Shown here one piece after another: positions 39,891 through 53,222 of a stretch of 62,888 bases of DNA. The DNA comes from Octopus bimaculoides (Eukaryota): contig NC_068990.1 in NCBI RefSeq assembly GCF_001194135.2, positions 55,101,470-55,164,357 of the forward strand. The letters are read 5' to 3'. The notes under the pieces are model-generated. The model did no database searches, had not been told where the DNA came from, and was given only the letters and a program-made list of their open reading frames with translations. A program made the position numbers and the translations under genes. Each line of letters begins with the position of its first letter. Position 1 is the first letter of the stretch.

Positions 39891-41469
39891 ACATGCTTCT
39901 GTGCTTGTATGTATGTAGCAGTCTAAGAATTCAATATTCAGAAAAAATATACTCTCATATATTTGTCAATAGAGTGGGTATACTAATCAAAGTGTACAGT
40001 ATTATACATCCACATGGTCTATCTTACCAATCAGTATCGCACTAGGGGTTCAATGGGGTGTTAGATAACAGCCCGATTATGGAACCCTATGCTCTTTAGA
40101 GATGGCAGTTATGGAAGAATATATGGCAATTGGCCTTTACTGTTTGTTTTGGCTTGGTTTTCACAGCTGGATGCCCTTCCTAATACCAACGACCTTACAG
40201 AGTGGATTGGGTGCTTTTCATGTAGCACCAGCACCAGCAAGGTCTGTTTTGGCATAGTTCTTACAGCTAGATGCCCTTCATAATGCAAACCACTTTATAG
40301 AGTAGCCTAGGTGCTTTTTACATGGCACCAACACTGATGAGGTCTGCTTTGGCAAGGTCTTTACAGCTGGATGCCCTTCCAAACACCAACCAATTTTCAG
40401 TGTAAACTGGATACTTTATGATATATATATCATATACATACATGTGTATGTGTGTGTGTGTGCATGTGTGTTGTGTTTGAGTTTTCTTCCCAACCACTTG
40501 CCAACTTGTGTTGGTTTGTTTATGTCTCTGTAACTCACCCATTCACCAAAAGAAACTGATAGAATAAGTCCCTGGCTTAAGAAGTAAGTACTGGGTCAAT
40601 TTGTTTGACCAAAAACTCTTCAATATAGTGCCCCAGCATGACCACAGCCCAATGACTGAAACAAGTAAGAAGGAAAATAAACTTACATTTCGTACTGCAA
40701 TTTCAAATATCTTGTCAGTGGCCAATACAATATCAGAGATTGCTTCTATTCTTCTAATATCCTCCATATACATTAGGATTGCTGCAAAAGAAAAGCGGAG
40801 GGAAGATAGGGAAGAATTAGTCTTTTCATAAGAAAGAGTAGCTGAGCAAACCTATTAAACAAAAAATATAGCATAGACACATAGATAACTGCTCCTTTCA
40901 TGTGATGCCCTTGTGAACTGGAAGAATCATTAACAGCATTTTGAATGGCTATTGCAGATTTCTGCAGTTAAAAGGTTAGTAGAGAGAAAAATAGAGAAAA
41001 ATTGTCTTTTGCTTTCATTCATTAATCATTTGTGAAAATATTAATCATTAGTGAAAATATTTCATCTGATTACAAAATAAGGTGGAAAAGAGTGCACATC
41101 AAATCTTTACATTCTGAGTTCAAATTCCGTTGAGGTTGACTTTGCCTTTCATCCTTTCAAAGTTGATAAAATAACAACCAGTTGAGCATTGGGGTCAGTG
41201 ACTTATCCACTTACCTGAAATTTCTGGCCTTGTGCCAAAATTTGAAATTAATATTTTATAAATATGTGTTCAGATACTTAATATTCTTTCTTTTATTCTT
41301 TTGCTTGTTTCAGTCATTTGACTGTGGCCATGCTGGAGCATTGCCTTTAATTGAGCAAATCGACCCCAGGACTTATTTTTTGTAATCCTAGTACTTATTC
41401 TATCAGTCTCTTTACGGGGGCATAGACACACCAGCATCGGTTGTCAACTGATGTTGGGGAAAAATACTG

Positions 41470-41503
<34 letters not shown>

Positions 41504-44500
41504 ACACATATATGATAAGCTTCTTTCAGTTTCCGTCTACCAAATCTACTCACAAGGTTTTGGTTGGCCTGAGGCTATAGTAGAAGACACTTGCCCAAGG
41601 TGCCATGCAGTGGGACCATATGGTTGGTAAGCAACACACAGCCACTCCTGCACCTATATATCATTTGTATTTAATTTTTTTCCCTCTTGCTATTATCATA
41701 TATTGGATATCATGTTAAATATTGAAGAAAATTAAATCATAAGGAAGACTCACCTTGGTAGATCTTGCAGGCAGAGTGCTTCAGATCTGCCCTCTGTTGA
41801 ATCTTCTTACTCAGTGGATGCTTGATGGGTTCCTTACTGTGTTTCCAATGGTCACTGAATCCATTTCTTTTTAATGATGTCCTGGATAACATCTTTGTCA
41901 CACTAACTTCAGTTGGTCTGAAAGAAGATGGAAATTCAAAAGTTAAATGAAATTAAGTAATAAATGAGGCAAGGTATTAGGAGAATATTCTGTGTTAATA
42001 TAATGCTAGTAGTTGTCAGCATTAAATTATGTTTTTAAAGCATAGGCAAATACAAGTTTGTCAAATAACATACAAAATAAATTGAGTTATTAAAATTGTC
42101 TTTGCCTCCACTTGAGAAGGGGAGATCATCTCAAGAATCAAGTATTCTCCAAAACTGATATACTATTATGGAATAGGACAGGCTTATTGTCTGGAGATAA
42201 GAGAATAGATGCAGACAATCCATCCTCTAGAGGCAGAGATCATTTTAATAAGTCAAGAATTTATATTGTTTGTTACTTGATATACTCTATCTTAATCAGA
42301 TATATGTTACTGGCCACTTTGAGTTAATTCTCTTAGTTTATTTTTGTTTAAATTAGGTTTTAAAGAACTGGTTAACCATTTTGTTATCAAATATTTATTG
42401 AAATGCACTGCTTTTGTTTCAGTTAATTCTTAAAATAAGGAAGAATTTAGTAAAATAACTCTGTCATTGTTAAGCTGATGTTTAGGAAATGAATCAACAT
42501 GAAATTTTGATGGAAAATTCTTAATTTAAATCATTTTAAGACAGGACGTGTGTATCATAGACCCAAGAGCAGTGTCAGGTGGGTTGAAATGTCAATCTGT
42601 TTGACCAGGTGGCTCACAGGAAATATTAGATAAGTTTTGTGTGGTAATCAATGGTAGAGAGGACAATGAGGAAGTATGGAGCAGTAGAGTGCTGGACTAA
42701 AATGTGTTGCAGGGTTTAGTTTTGTCCCCCAATAAAAGGAAAAAAGAAAGAATTGACACCTATCTATTGGAATAGATATGCAATGTTAACTTCAAAATGA
42801 ATGCTTTATTCAAATGAGTTAAGAAAGGGACTTGACTTAAAGCTCATTGAAGAATGTTATTATTATTTACATTCATGCTAAGTGAATAAATTATGCATTA
42901 GGCACAGGTGTGGCTGTGTCATAAGAAGTTTGCTTCCCTACATGATTCTAGGCTCAGTCCCACTGCATGGCACCTTGGATAAGTATCTTCTACTATAGTA
43001 TTGGGCCAATCAAAGCCTGTGGGTGAATTCAATAGAAGTCCATCATATACATGTATATATGTGTGTGTGTAACTTTGTGTGTGTGTAACCACTTGACAAC
43101 TGGTGTTGGTGTGTTAACATCCCCTAACTTAGCAGTTCAACAAAAGAAACTAATAGAATAAGTACCAGGCTTAAAAAACAAAAAGAAATAAGAACTGGGG
43201 TCGATTCATTCGAATAGAAATTCTGCAAGGTGGTGCCCCAGCATAGCTGCAGTCTAATGACTGAAACAAGTAAAATATAAAAGATAAAAGATGATGAGTG
43301 GAAAATAATCAAGTACTTTACTGTTAGACACTCATTTAATCACTCGCTGATTTCTCAAAAGTGCTATAGAAGAGATCCCTATATTTAGTATATATATCAT
43401 TGAAAGGAACAGCAAAAGGCTTTTCCTCAAAATGTTCATGACCACTGACTCTCATGATATTTGTTTTTTTAATTTTTTACTGAGTTCAGATTATTGATAA
43501 ATGTAATGAGAACAATGACTTACTGTAAATGTTCTTTGCCATATTCATCTAAATTGTAACTGTAGTATCTTCCAACATGTTCTTGTGACCATTCTATAGT
43601 TTTCAAGTGTGATGCCAGTGTATTCTGAAGTATATTTTATTTTAATATAATACAACTTTAGGTACAAATATGTTAGTTCAAATTTTCAGCATATTTATGA
43701 AGACATATCCATATAATGCTAAAAGAACATAAGTCATATGAATCAAAATAATACAGTCACCTATATAATACACATATATGGAGCTTTCTCACATGATTGT
43801 ATGCTAGAAATATGCTAGAAATAGCAACAAAATCTCCCTCAAACCACACCATACTGACTTGAAAATAGAAATGCATTAGGAAAGTGTTGTTCATGACACA
43901 TTTTGGTAGACAAGGCATGTTCATGACCTTTTATTTTTACCATTTAATCAGGAAGGGAAGGACAGGACTCATGACCCTTAATTTTTCTTAAGGCCTCCAA
44001 AACTAGTGGGAAGAAGTTATCCTCAAACCATAGACTTGGCCCAAATGCTTGCCACAAAGTGAACTCCATTTAACATACCCAAGAAGCAAGTGGTAGTCTT
44101 AAACAGGGTGATTGATCAAATAAACCACTCAAAAACACAGAATACTGGAACAAATACCCACAAGGCATCTACACTGACACTTGAACAGGTCTACCAATTC
44201 TCTCCTCTGGAATGATACCATAAATTTCCAGAGTACAAGTGGACATAGTATATAGTATGAACATGTAGTGCAAACATTCAAATATTGTCACTATCTTTCA
44301 CAATCCTGCTGCATTTCACATGAAATTTTTGGTCCTCCAAAGATATCTTGATGTATAAGTTCACCTATCATATTTGGCTGTAAATTTTGATCAGAACAAT
44401 TTGGTTTATATGCTGGAAAATATGATACTTAGTTTTATCAACCCTGAAAGGATGAAAGGCAAAGTTGATCTTCATGTGATTTAAACTATTCAGTATGCAA

Positions 44501-47500
44501 ATGACCTGGGAAAATACCACAAGATATTCTGTCCTATGCTCTAATGATACTTTTAATGGGATACTTTTAATCATAGGTTTGTTTGATCAACTAAGAATGA
44601 AGCTGCATCAACAACATAGGTAAAGATAAGCCAGTGAGAGAGCCACTAGATGATTGTTCACATCTCTAGAAATGGCAACCAAATATCCCTTAAATGATAC
44701 CCGCCCATCACAAAATAGAGGGGCACATTGAATAATCTGGACCTAGACACACTATCTGAAAGAAGAATTGAGTGGCTAAAGCTGAAAAACCTTTTAAACA
44801 TAGCTCTGTTCAGTCAGGTTGACATGGACAATGGCAATATCAACAACAGTAAGTTTACAAGGGAGCCCCTATATTAGGCATGAGCAACATTTTTGATGAA
44901 CTGGACTGCATGAGACATGGCTCATCATCAGACAAGCTACACTATTTAAAAAGTAAAGATAATATTTTGTTAAGCATGCATTTCAGAAACTCATGCAGGT
45001 CACAGGTTGCCTATAACTGCTTTATATCAGTGTTCAACCAGTTAGAAATGATAGCCAAATCTTCCTAAAACTACACCCTGCCATCATTTAAAAAATTGAA
45101 AGATACACTGGCTACGGAACTCCAGAGAAAAAAGATGAAATGTGTACAGTTGGAATGTATTTAAACATAGGTTAGTTCAATCAGATTGATTTGTGACTAA
45201 ACAACAGCAACAATAACAACAACACTTTGAATAAAGACGCTTATATAGAAATAAGCTCTTTCTCTAAAGAAGCATAAGAAAAGGAATTAGCATAGACCAT
45301 CTAATTATTTATTCACACAACGAGTATCAAAGATGTGTCACTTTACTTTAATAGAGCCCATGACAGACAATTATCATCTGCTATGATCTATGAGAATGCT
45401 TTTATGCACCAAGTGCCTATATGAGAGGATCTCTCAAGGCTAATTCAGTGTTCTAAGAAAACAGCCATATTAAGTTGGATATAAATATTGCCTTTTGGTA
45501 TTAATTCTGCTTCTGATGCTAATAATTAATTTCTAGTAAACCTGTCGGCTATTTGTGACAGCAGTGTCTGAAAAGATGCTGATATTCTGTATATCATAGC
45601 AGTGAGATTGGCTAGCATGCACTGATCAAACACCTCCCACTGATGATTTTCAGTAAAATGAAATTATGTGATATTGGAATTCCAGTACCTATGACAGACA
45701 CATCTCATCTGCTATGATCTATGTGTGTGCTTTTAAGCACCAAGTGTCAATATGAGAAGATCTCTCAAGACTAATAACACTGTATTTAGTGTTCTAACAA
45801 GACATCCGCATTAAGCTGGATATAAAAATTACTTTTTTGGTATTTGTACAGCTTCTGTTGCTAATAATACATTGGTAGGAGGGTTTCAGTTCACTGCTGA
45901 GTTCATAATGTAGTTGCTATAATAAAATACTTGAATAAACTTACAAAAATAATTATCATAAATTAATACAAATCTTGTGAATGATAAACACACACACGTG
46001 CAGACACATGGTCTATCTACCTCTCTCTCTTTCTCTCTCCTCACACACACACATATGTAAATGTAGTCTCCTTCTCTCTCATATACACATGCACAAAAAC
46101 CTGCAACCAACAATGCTATTGTGTACAGTAATACTATGTAAAATAAATAAAAATATAAAGAGAAAAACCAACCAAAATAAGAAATGCATGCTTACCAAAT
46201 GAGTGTTGTTTGGTATACCAGCAATTGCTAAAGGGTGAATGATATCTTTGGAAAACTCGCCTTCCCTTTCAGTTCGTAGACACTTTCCAACTATATATTC
46301 ACTATCTTTGAAGACCTTGAATGACTCCTCTAAAACTACGAGGTCTCCATTCCGAATATGAAGGCTGGATGAGAAATTCTGTTTCTCTGAAGAATGAAAA
46401 TTTAAAAATTGAGAGAGAAATTTTTGAAGTATACAATTTCAAACATGCATGTACATGTGCACACACACACACACACACACACACGACAAGCTTTCTTTCT
46501 GTTTCATCTACCAAATCTACTCAATCTATACTCAAGGCTTTAGTTGGTCCAGGGTTGTAGTAGAAGACACTTACTCAAGGTACCACACATAGGGACTTAA
46601 TTAAGAACTATTAGGTTGGGAAGCTTCTTACCACACAATCACACCTGCCTGTACTGCCACTCTCTCTCTCTCTCTCTCTCCATATATATATTTTTATTCT
46701 TTTACTTGTTTCAGTCAATGGACTGTGGCCATGCTGGAGCACTGCCTTGAAGGGTTTTAATAGAACAAATCAACCCCACAACTTATTTTTTAAAGCCTAG
46801 TACTTATTCTATCAATCTCCTTTCCCAAACTGCTAAGTTATGGGGACGTAAACACACCAAAACTGGTTGTTGAGTAGTGATGGAGGGACAAACACACACA
46901 CACACACACACAATTTCTGTCTACCAAACCCACTCACGAAGCTTTGGTCAGCCCAAGGCTATAGTAGAAGACACTTGTGCAAGGTGCCATGCAGTGGGAC
47001 TGAACCTGGAACCATGTAGCCAGGAAGCATGCTTCTTACCACACAGCCACATATTTATATGTATGTAATGTATATATATACACAAGCAGATACACTCGTG
47101 CACACATATACATGTAGTAAAATTGAAAACAATTTGCCAGAACAGAGTAATGTCAAAGGCATCTTACCAGGAACATTGCATTGACAAAGTGCAACTGCCA
47201 CTTGTGACTTGTTGCTCAGTTCTTCCAAAAAAGTGTTCAGTATTGCATACAATTCTTCTATTTGGTGTGCTTCCACCAAACTGTTCGTTCCTCTGACATC
47301 TAAGATATGTAACCAGGCACTGTGTATAAAAGAATCAAAGAATTAAAGTCATTTTTCATAATGATAAATTTTACGTGTTTGATCTTTAATATTTTTGTTT
47401 GTTTAAGCCATCATGACCAGATAAGCTTAATCAAGCTGATTTATAATTAAAATCATGACAATGCCCTAGATATAGTGTATCTAAGGCTACATATCCATTT

Positions 47501-48711
47501 TTTTAAAGACATTAAGGGTTGAGGTAAATATGAAGGAGATTTGGCTGTGATTTCTAACAGATTGGAGTATTATGTGTAGTAGTAATTCCAAACCTATGAC
47601 TCAAAATGGGTTGCAGTGTGATACCGAAATGTCAGCAACAATAAAATTTTTACTTTGGAAATATTTGATAAAAATTCATGAATATGTTGAGCCATAACTC
47701 AAATGTATAAAGGCCACAAGTCAGTATTTGTAGCAAACAAAAACTGATAATATTTCCCAAAGAAAATTATCAGATGTTAAATGTGGCTCATATCTATTTT
47801 TTTTTTTAACCCTTACAGTACAGGAACCAAATATATTCATCTTCATGCAAGTACACTTCAGACATGGGAACTGAGTTAACTTGTTGACAGTGGAGTACTC
47901 TCTGAAATTGCTCTCATTTCATATGACATTGTACACACATTTTATTTTTACTGGCCAATAGAAAGAAATTGCCAGAATTAATTTGCATATCCTTAGCATG
48001 TTATACAAACCAGCAAAACTTTAATTAGCAGAATGAAGGTTGAGACTAAGAAGGAAGTATATCTATTTGACAAAATGGATCTCAATAATAAAAAGTCAGA
48101 AAATTGTTGACATAGAAGCTTTCTCATTAACTTCGTCAAATGGGAAAGGTTAGCACTATAGACATTACAGGACCTCCAGTTGAGATTGGTTGGGCTGCCA
48201 CAGATTAGGACTACTCTTACATTACTATTCATGAGCATGGTGAATCATTGTTGCAACTGACAGCAAGCCTCTGATGGCGGAGAACACTCTTTACTTCTGT
48301 TCTCAAACAAATAGCGACAATACACAAGAAAAGGTTCAGTACTAAGCAGAGCATCAAGATACCAAGCTATCATCAAACCAAAGACCTGTCTTATCTCTTG
48401 TAAAGAATGGACTCTGCTAAAAGTACCCAAAGACCAGGTGACAATGTTAAACTAGAAAAAATATGTATATGTTAGGTACCTGGCTTAGTGGCTTGTCTCT
48501 TGAGTTGAACTCAATTGTAAAGTCATGTGTTCTTTGAGTAAGGTAATTCATTTCGTATACCTCCAACCCACTCAGCTGACAACATTGTTGAAAAGTTGCA
48601 TCTACCTGACATATTATAATCCCTGAATCTTATGACAGGAAGATTTTAATGACACTTGATGGCTGCAGCACACTGGATGAAGCAGATGAGAATCATGTGT
48701 GTCTGTGTGTG

Positions 48712-48764
<53 letters not shown>

Positions 48765-51700
48765 NNNNNNNNNNNNNNNNNNNNNNNNNNNNNNNNNNNN
48801 NNNNNNNNNNNNNNNNNNNNNNNNNNNNNNNNNNNNNNNNNNNNNNNNNNNNNNNNNNNNNNNNNNNNNNNNNNNNNNNNNNNNNNNNNNNNNNNNNNNN
48901 NNNNNNNNNNNNNNNNNNNNNNNNNNNNNNNNNNNNNNNNNNNNNNNNNNNNNNNNNNNNNNNNNNNNNNNNNNNNNNNNNNNNNNNNNNNNNNNNNNNN
49001 NNNNNNNNNNNNNNNNNNNNNNNNNNNNNNNNNNNNNNNNNNNNNNNNNNNNNNNNNNNNNNNNNNNNNNNNNNNNNNNNNNNNNNNNNNNNNNNNNNNN
49101 NNNNNNNNNNNNNNNNNNNNNNNNNNNNNNNNNNNNNNNNNNNNNNNNNNNNNNNNNNNNNNNNNNNNNNNNNNNNNNNNNNNNNNNNNNNNNNNNNNNN
49201 NNNNNNNNNNNNNNNNNNNNNNNNNNNNNNNNNNNNNNNNNNNNNNNNNNNNNNNNNNNNNNNNNNNNNNNNNNNNNNNNNNNNNNNNNNNNNNNNNNNN
49301 NNNNNNNNNNNNNNNNNNNNNNNNNNNNNNNNNNNNNNNNNNNNNNNNNNNNNNNNNNNNNNNNNNNNNNNNNNNNNNNNNNNNNNNNNNNNNNNNNNNN
49401 NNNNNNNNNNNNNNNNNNNNNNNNNNNNNNNNNNNNNNNNNNNNNNNNNNNNNNNNNNNNNNNNNNNNNNNNNNNNNNNNNNNNNNNNNNNNNNNNNNNN
49501 NNNNNNNNNNNTATATATATATATATATATATATGTACATGTCTTTGTGTTTGTCACCTACCACTGCTTGACAATCAGTGTTAGTTTGTTTATGTTCCCA
49601 TATCTTAGTGGTTCAGCAAAGGAGACCAGTAGAATAAGTACAAAGCCGAAAAAAAAAAAGTACTGGTGTTGATTTGTTTTAACTAAAACTCTTCTAGATG
49701 GTACCCCAGCAAGGCCTCAAACAAATGACTGAAACAAGATGAAAGATACATGATTGACATGCAATATTTACTTCTCAAAAGTGAAGTTAAGAAAACCAAA
49801 AGATTGATTTTTTTTTTTCTGCATATAGGTAATCAGTTATACTCCCTAATGGTATCATATGTTTTGCTGAAAAGTTATCCTTACCCTTTCTTCTTCACAA
49901 TGACCATTTCTTCATATGCTATATGTACCTTCTCTTCTTCATCAGCGTCCACAATTGTTAGGCCTTTCTGATGGATTGCACCTGTGACTCTGGTTAGTTT
50001 ATTACGTGGAGATGTAAACTGTTTGATATCAAAGAGCCTACAGAATGATCTGTGCAAGTGTTTCATAGCAAAGTCTACAACCTCAGTTTTACAGGAACCT
50101 GGTGTTTTTTTGCTATTTTGAAAATCTTGTTTGAATATTTGTGCAACCAAGCTAACCCACTCAGTGATAGGTCTCTTGTTGATGTAACTTTTCGGCAAAA
50201 GCTTTTCTACTAGTTTGGTCAATTTGCTTATTGAGAGTTCTTCATTGTTTATGAAGTACTTCAAAGCTGCAAAATATAGTAAGCGGGAATCCTGAAATCA
50301 AAATAAAAGTAAATGAAAATGATTAGTTGCATAAATAGACAAGAAAATGCTTTATACTGCCATCCACTGTCCTCCATACATACAAATATTAACCCACTCA
50401 TAACACTATATAAACATATAAGTACAGGTATGTCTGTGTGGTAAGAATTTTGCTTACTAACCACATAGTTCCAGGCTCAGTCCCACTGCATGGCGTCTTA
50501 GGCAAGTGTTTTCTACTATAGCTTCAGGCCAACCAAAGCCTTGTGAGTGGATTTGGTAGACAGAAACTGAAGGAAGCAGAAGCTCTGCGTGTGTGTGTGT
50601 GTGTGTTTTTAAAGAAAAGGGAAATAAGGAAAATTTCTAACAATGCAGAAAGTTTTTCAAAAACCTTTATATTTCAAGCACAGGAAGCAGTCCAAGAAAT
50701 GTGTATTTACATAGATCTTGTAATTATATTTTAAACTGCTCAGCATTTGAGTTAGCAGCAGCAGCAACTTTCCAAGTGTTGGTGCAAGCAACTCTGCAAC
50801 TGTTGGTCACTGCGACATGTTCTCACATGGTGGTAGTGGTAGAAGATGGTGTTGGTGGCATATGTCATAATGTTGGTCACTGTTGCCATGATGTACAAGT
50901 AGGAGCCACCGGCCCACCTCTGGAGTAGTTTAAAATAAAATAACGAAATTGATGTAACTACACATTTCTTGAATTACTTCCTTCTGAAGATAAGCCTTTG
51001 CATCTAAAATATAAAGGTTTTTGTGAAACTTTCTGCATGGTTAGAAGTTTTCTTTATTTCCCTTTTTTTTCTACTTCTGTACTACAGTACTTCAAGCAAA
51101 CTACAATGCTCTTATTACTCTTTTACTCTTTCATCTGTTTCAGTCATTTGACCGTGGCCATGCTGGGGCACCACTTTTAGTCGAAGAAATCAACCCCAGG
51201 ACCTCATTTTTGGAAGCCTCGTACTTATTCTATTGGTCTGTTTTGCCAAACCACTAAGTTACGGGTATGTAAACACACCAGCATCAGTTGTCAAGTGATG
51301 GTGCAGGGACAAACACAGGCACACAAACATATGCATATCACACCTGAGATATGTAATCTCACAATTTTGTGATCAGAAATTGACTTTACATCATCCATTT
51401 AAATAATATCATTTGTTGTTCACATTTGTCTTACCTACCTCCAAAGAGTATTCTTTCACAGTAATACCTCGCATTACTTGTGCATAAATCAAATTAGTTG
51501 CTATAGGATCTGTAACACGAATCTCCCACGGTGGGAAATATTCCTTTCTGAAATACAAACGCCAAGGTACACTGCTTTCACTAACTGATGCAGCTTTTGC
51601 GAAATATTCACACTCACAGATTGTATCCATGATACGATGGGAAGAGTCTCCCAAGTAAGAAATCTGTAAAATAAAAATAAAACAGTAATTTTTAATATGT

Positions 51701-53172
51701 ATGAAGATTTAATATAGTATTTTTTGATGAGAAAATATACTTTAATTTCTTAAATTGGCACAAAACCACAAATGTTTACGTGCATATGGTAGGTTAACCT
51801 AGCAGTTGACTTGTGCTTAATTTTATCAGTCCCCTGACTTGTCGGCTCATGTCAAACTGTCCAACCCATGCCAGCACAAAAAAAAATAGATGTTAAATGA
51901 CAATGACAAAGGCAGTGGTGACAAAGACGATTAAAGACAAAGATAATCTCAGTAGAATTTGGACTCATAATGGCTTTAACTCAGAATTGGCTATACTAAA
52001 TACTGCCAGGCAATTTTCTTGAAACTTTAATGGTTCTGACACTTTATTGCCATCATGGAATATAATTTTCAATAAATTCCTCTTGTTTAAGATATTTGGT
52101 AGATTTAGTCACAGTGTAGATTATTATTTAGTGATAGTTTCCCTCAAGATTGCTAAGATGACATAGATCTTGAAATTGATCATTAATAGATAACCTAAAA
52201 TAGATAGAGAGTACAAGATCAATAATGTTGTTGACTTATGTGAACCTTTCAATAATCTTTAATTCTTATTGCAAAGAAGAAATAAAATTATCTAAAAACT
52301 TCAAAAATGAAAGACTTATTTTTTTTTTTTTGCAAACAACTTGAGGATGCAAGTGCTGCCAGTTGAAAGCTCTGCATATTGGATGCTAGTAAGTTTATGG
52401 GGTCACCAGGGAAGAATGCATGTTGTTTCAGGGCCTTTCTCCCAATGACTTCATTGTATACCATCCCCTCTCACTGAAATAAGGCCTCACTTATTAGATC
52501 AACAACTAGGTTTCGCTTGATATTCTACAGACTATTGCTCATTGTCTCTTTTTAACTAAATCCAGTGGTTTGCCTTCTCCACTGTAGTTGTATGACATTA
52601 AAAAGTATATCACTTAACAAATATAACATCTAATAATGAAATTAATTCCTATATATGAGTAAATCCACAAGAATAAGGAAGAAGAGTGAGTTGCAGTGAA
52701 ACGAATAAGAATTACTGAAATAAGAAAAATGAAACAAGAAAGAAAATTTAGTTAAGCACAAAACAGAAACTTAAAGAATTACTGTAAAGAAACAGAAATA
52801 AGCCACCCACGAGATATTTATTAGGTGTTACACAAGTTAACATATTTTCACCTTGTCAAAAAGAGTGGCAAACACTGAGAAACCATTTGTTTCCTGTAGG
52901 CCTAGGCTTCTAGCGATGGACTTGCACAGTTCCTTCACAGTGGTTGAGGAATCTACTTTTATCAATAAACGGTCTCCTGTCATCAAAATCACCGGCAGAA
53001 ATATTGGTTTATAGTTCTTCATGGCCTGAATATATACAATATGACATCATTGATAAATATGTAAAACAAATTTAATTAATGTAGTAAACAAATGAATATC
53101 ACATAATGACAGCAGGATTATTGTTTGGAAGAGATTGAAGCCTTGCTCACAATATCATGCTCATACCATGTA

Positions 53173-53222
<50 letters not shown>

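Noticed and set aside
47993-48430. ORFs considered as myosin exons or a transposon fossil
   Set aside because: Exons 49885 and 47319 join in frame without it, and no family motif was recognisable.
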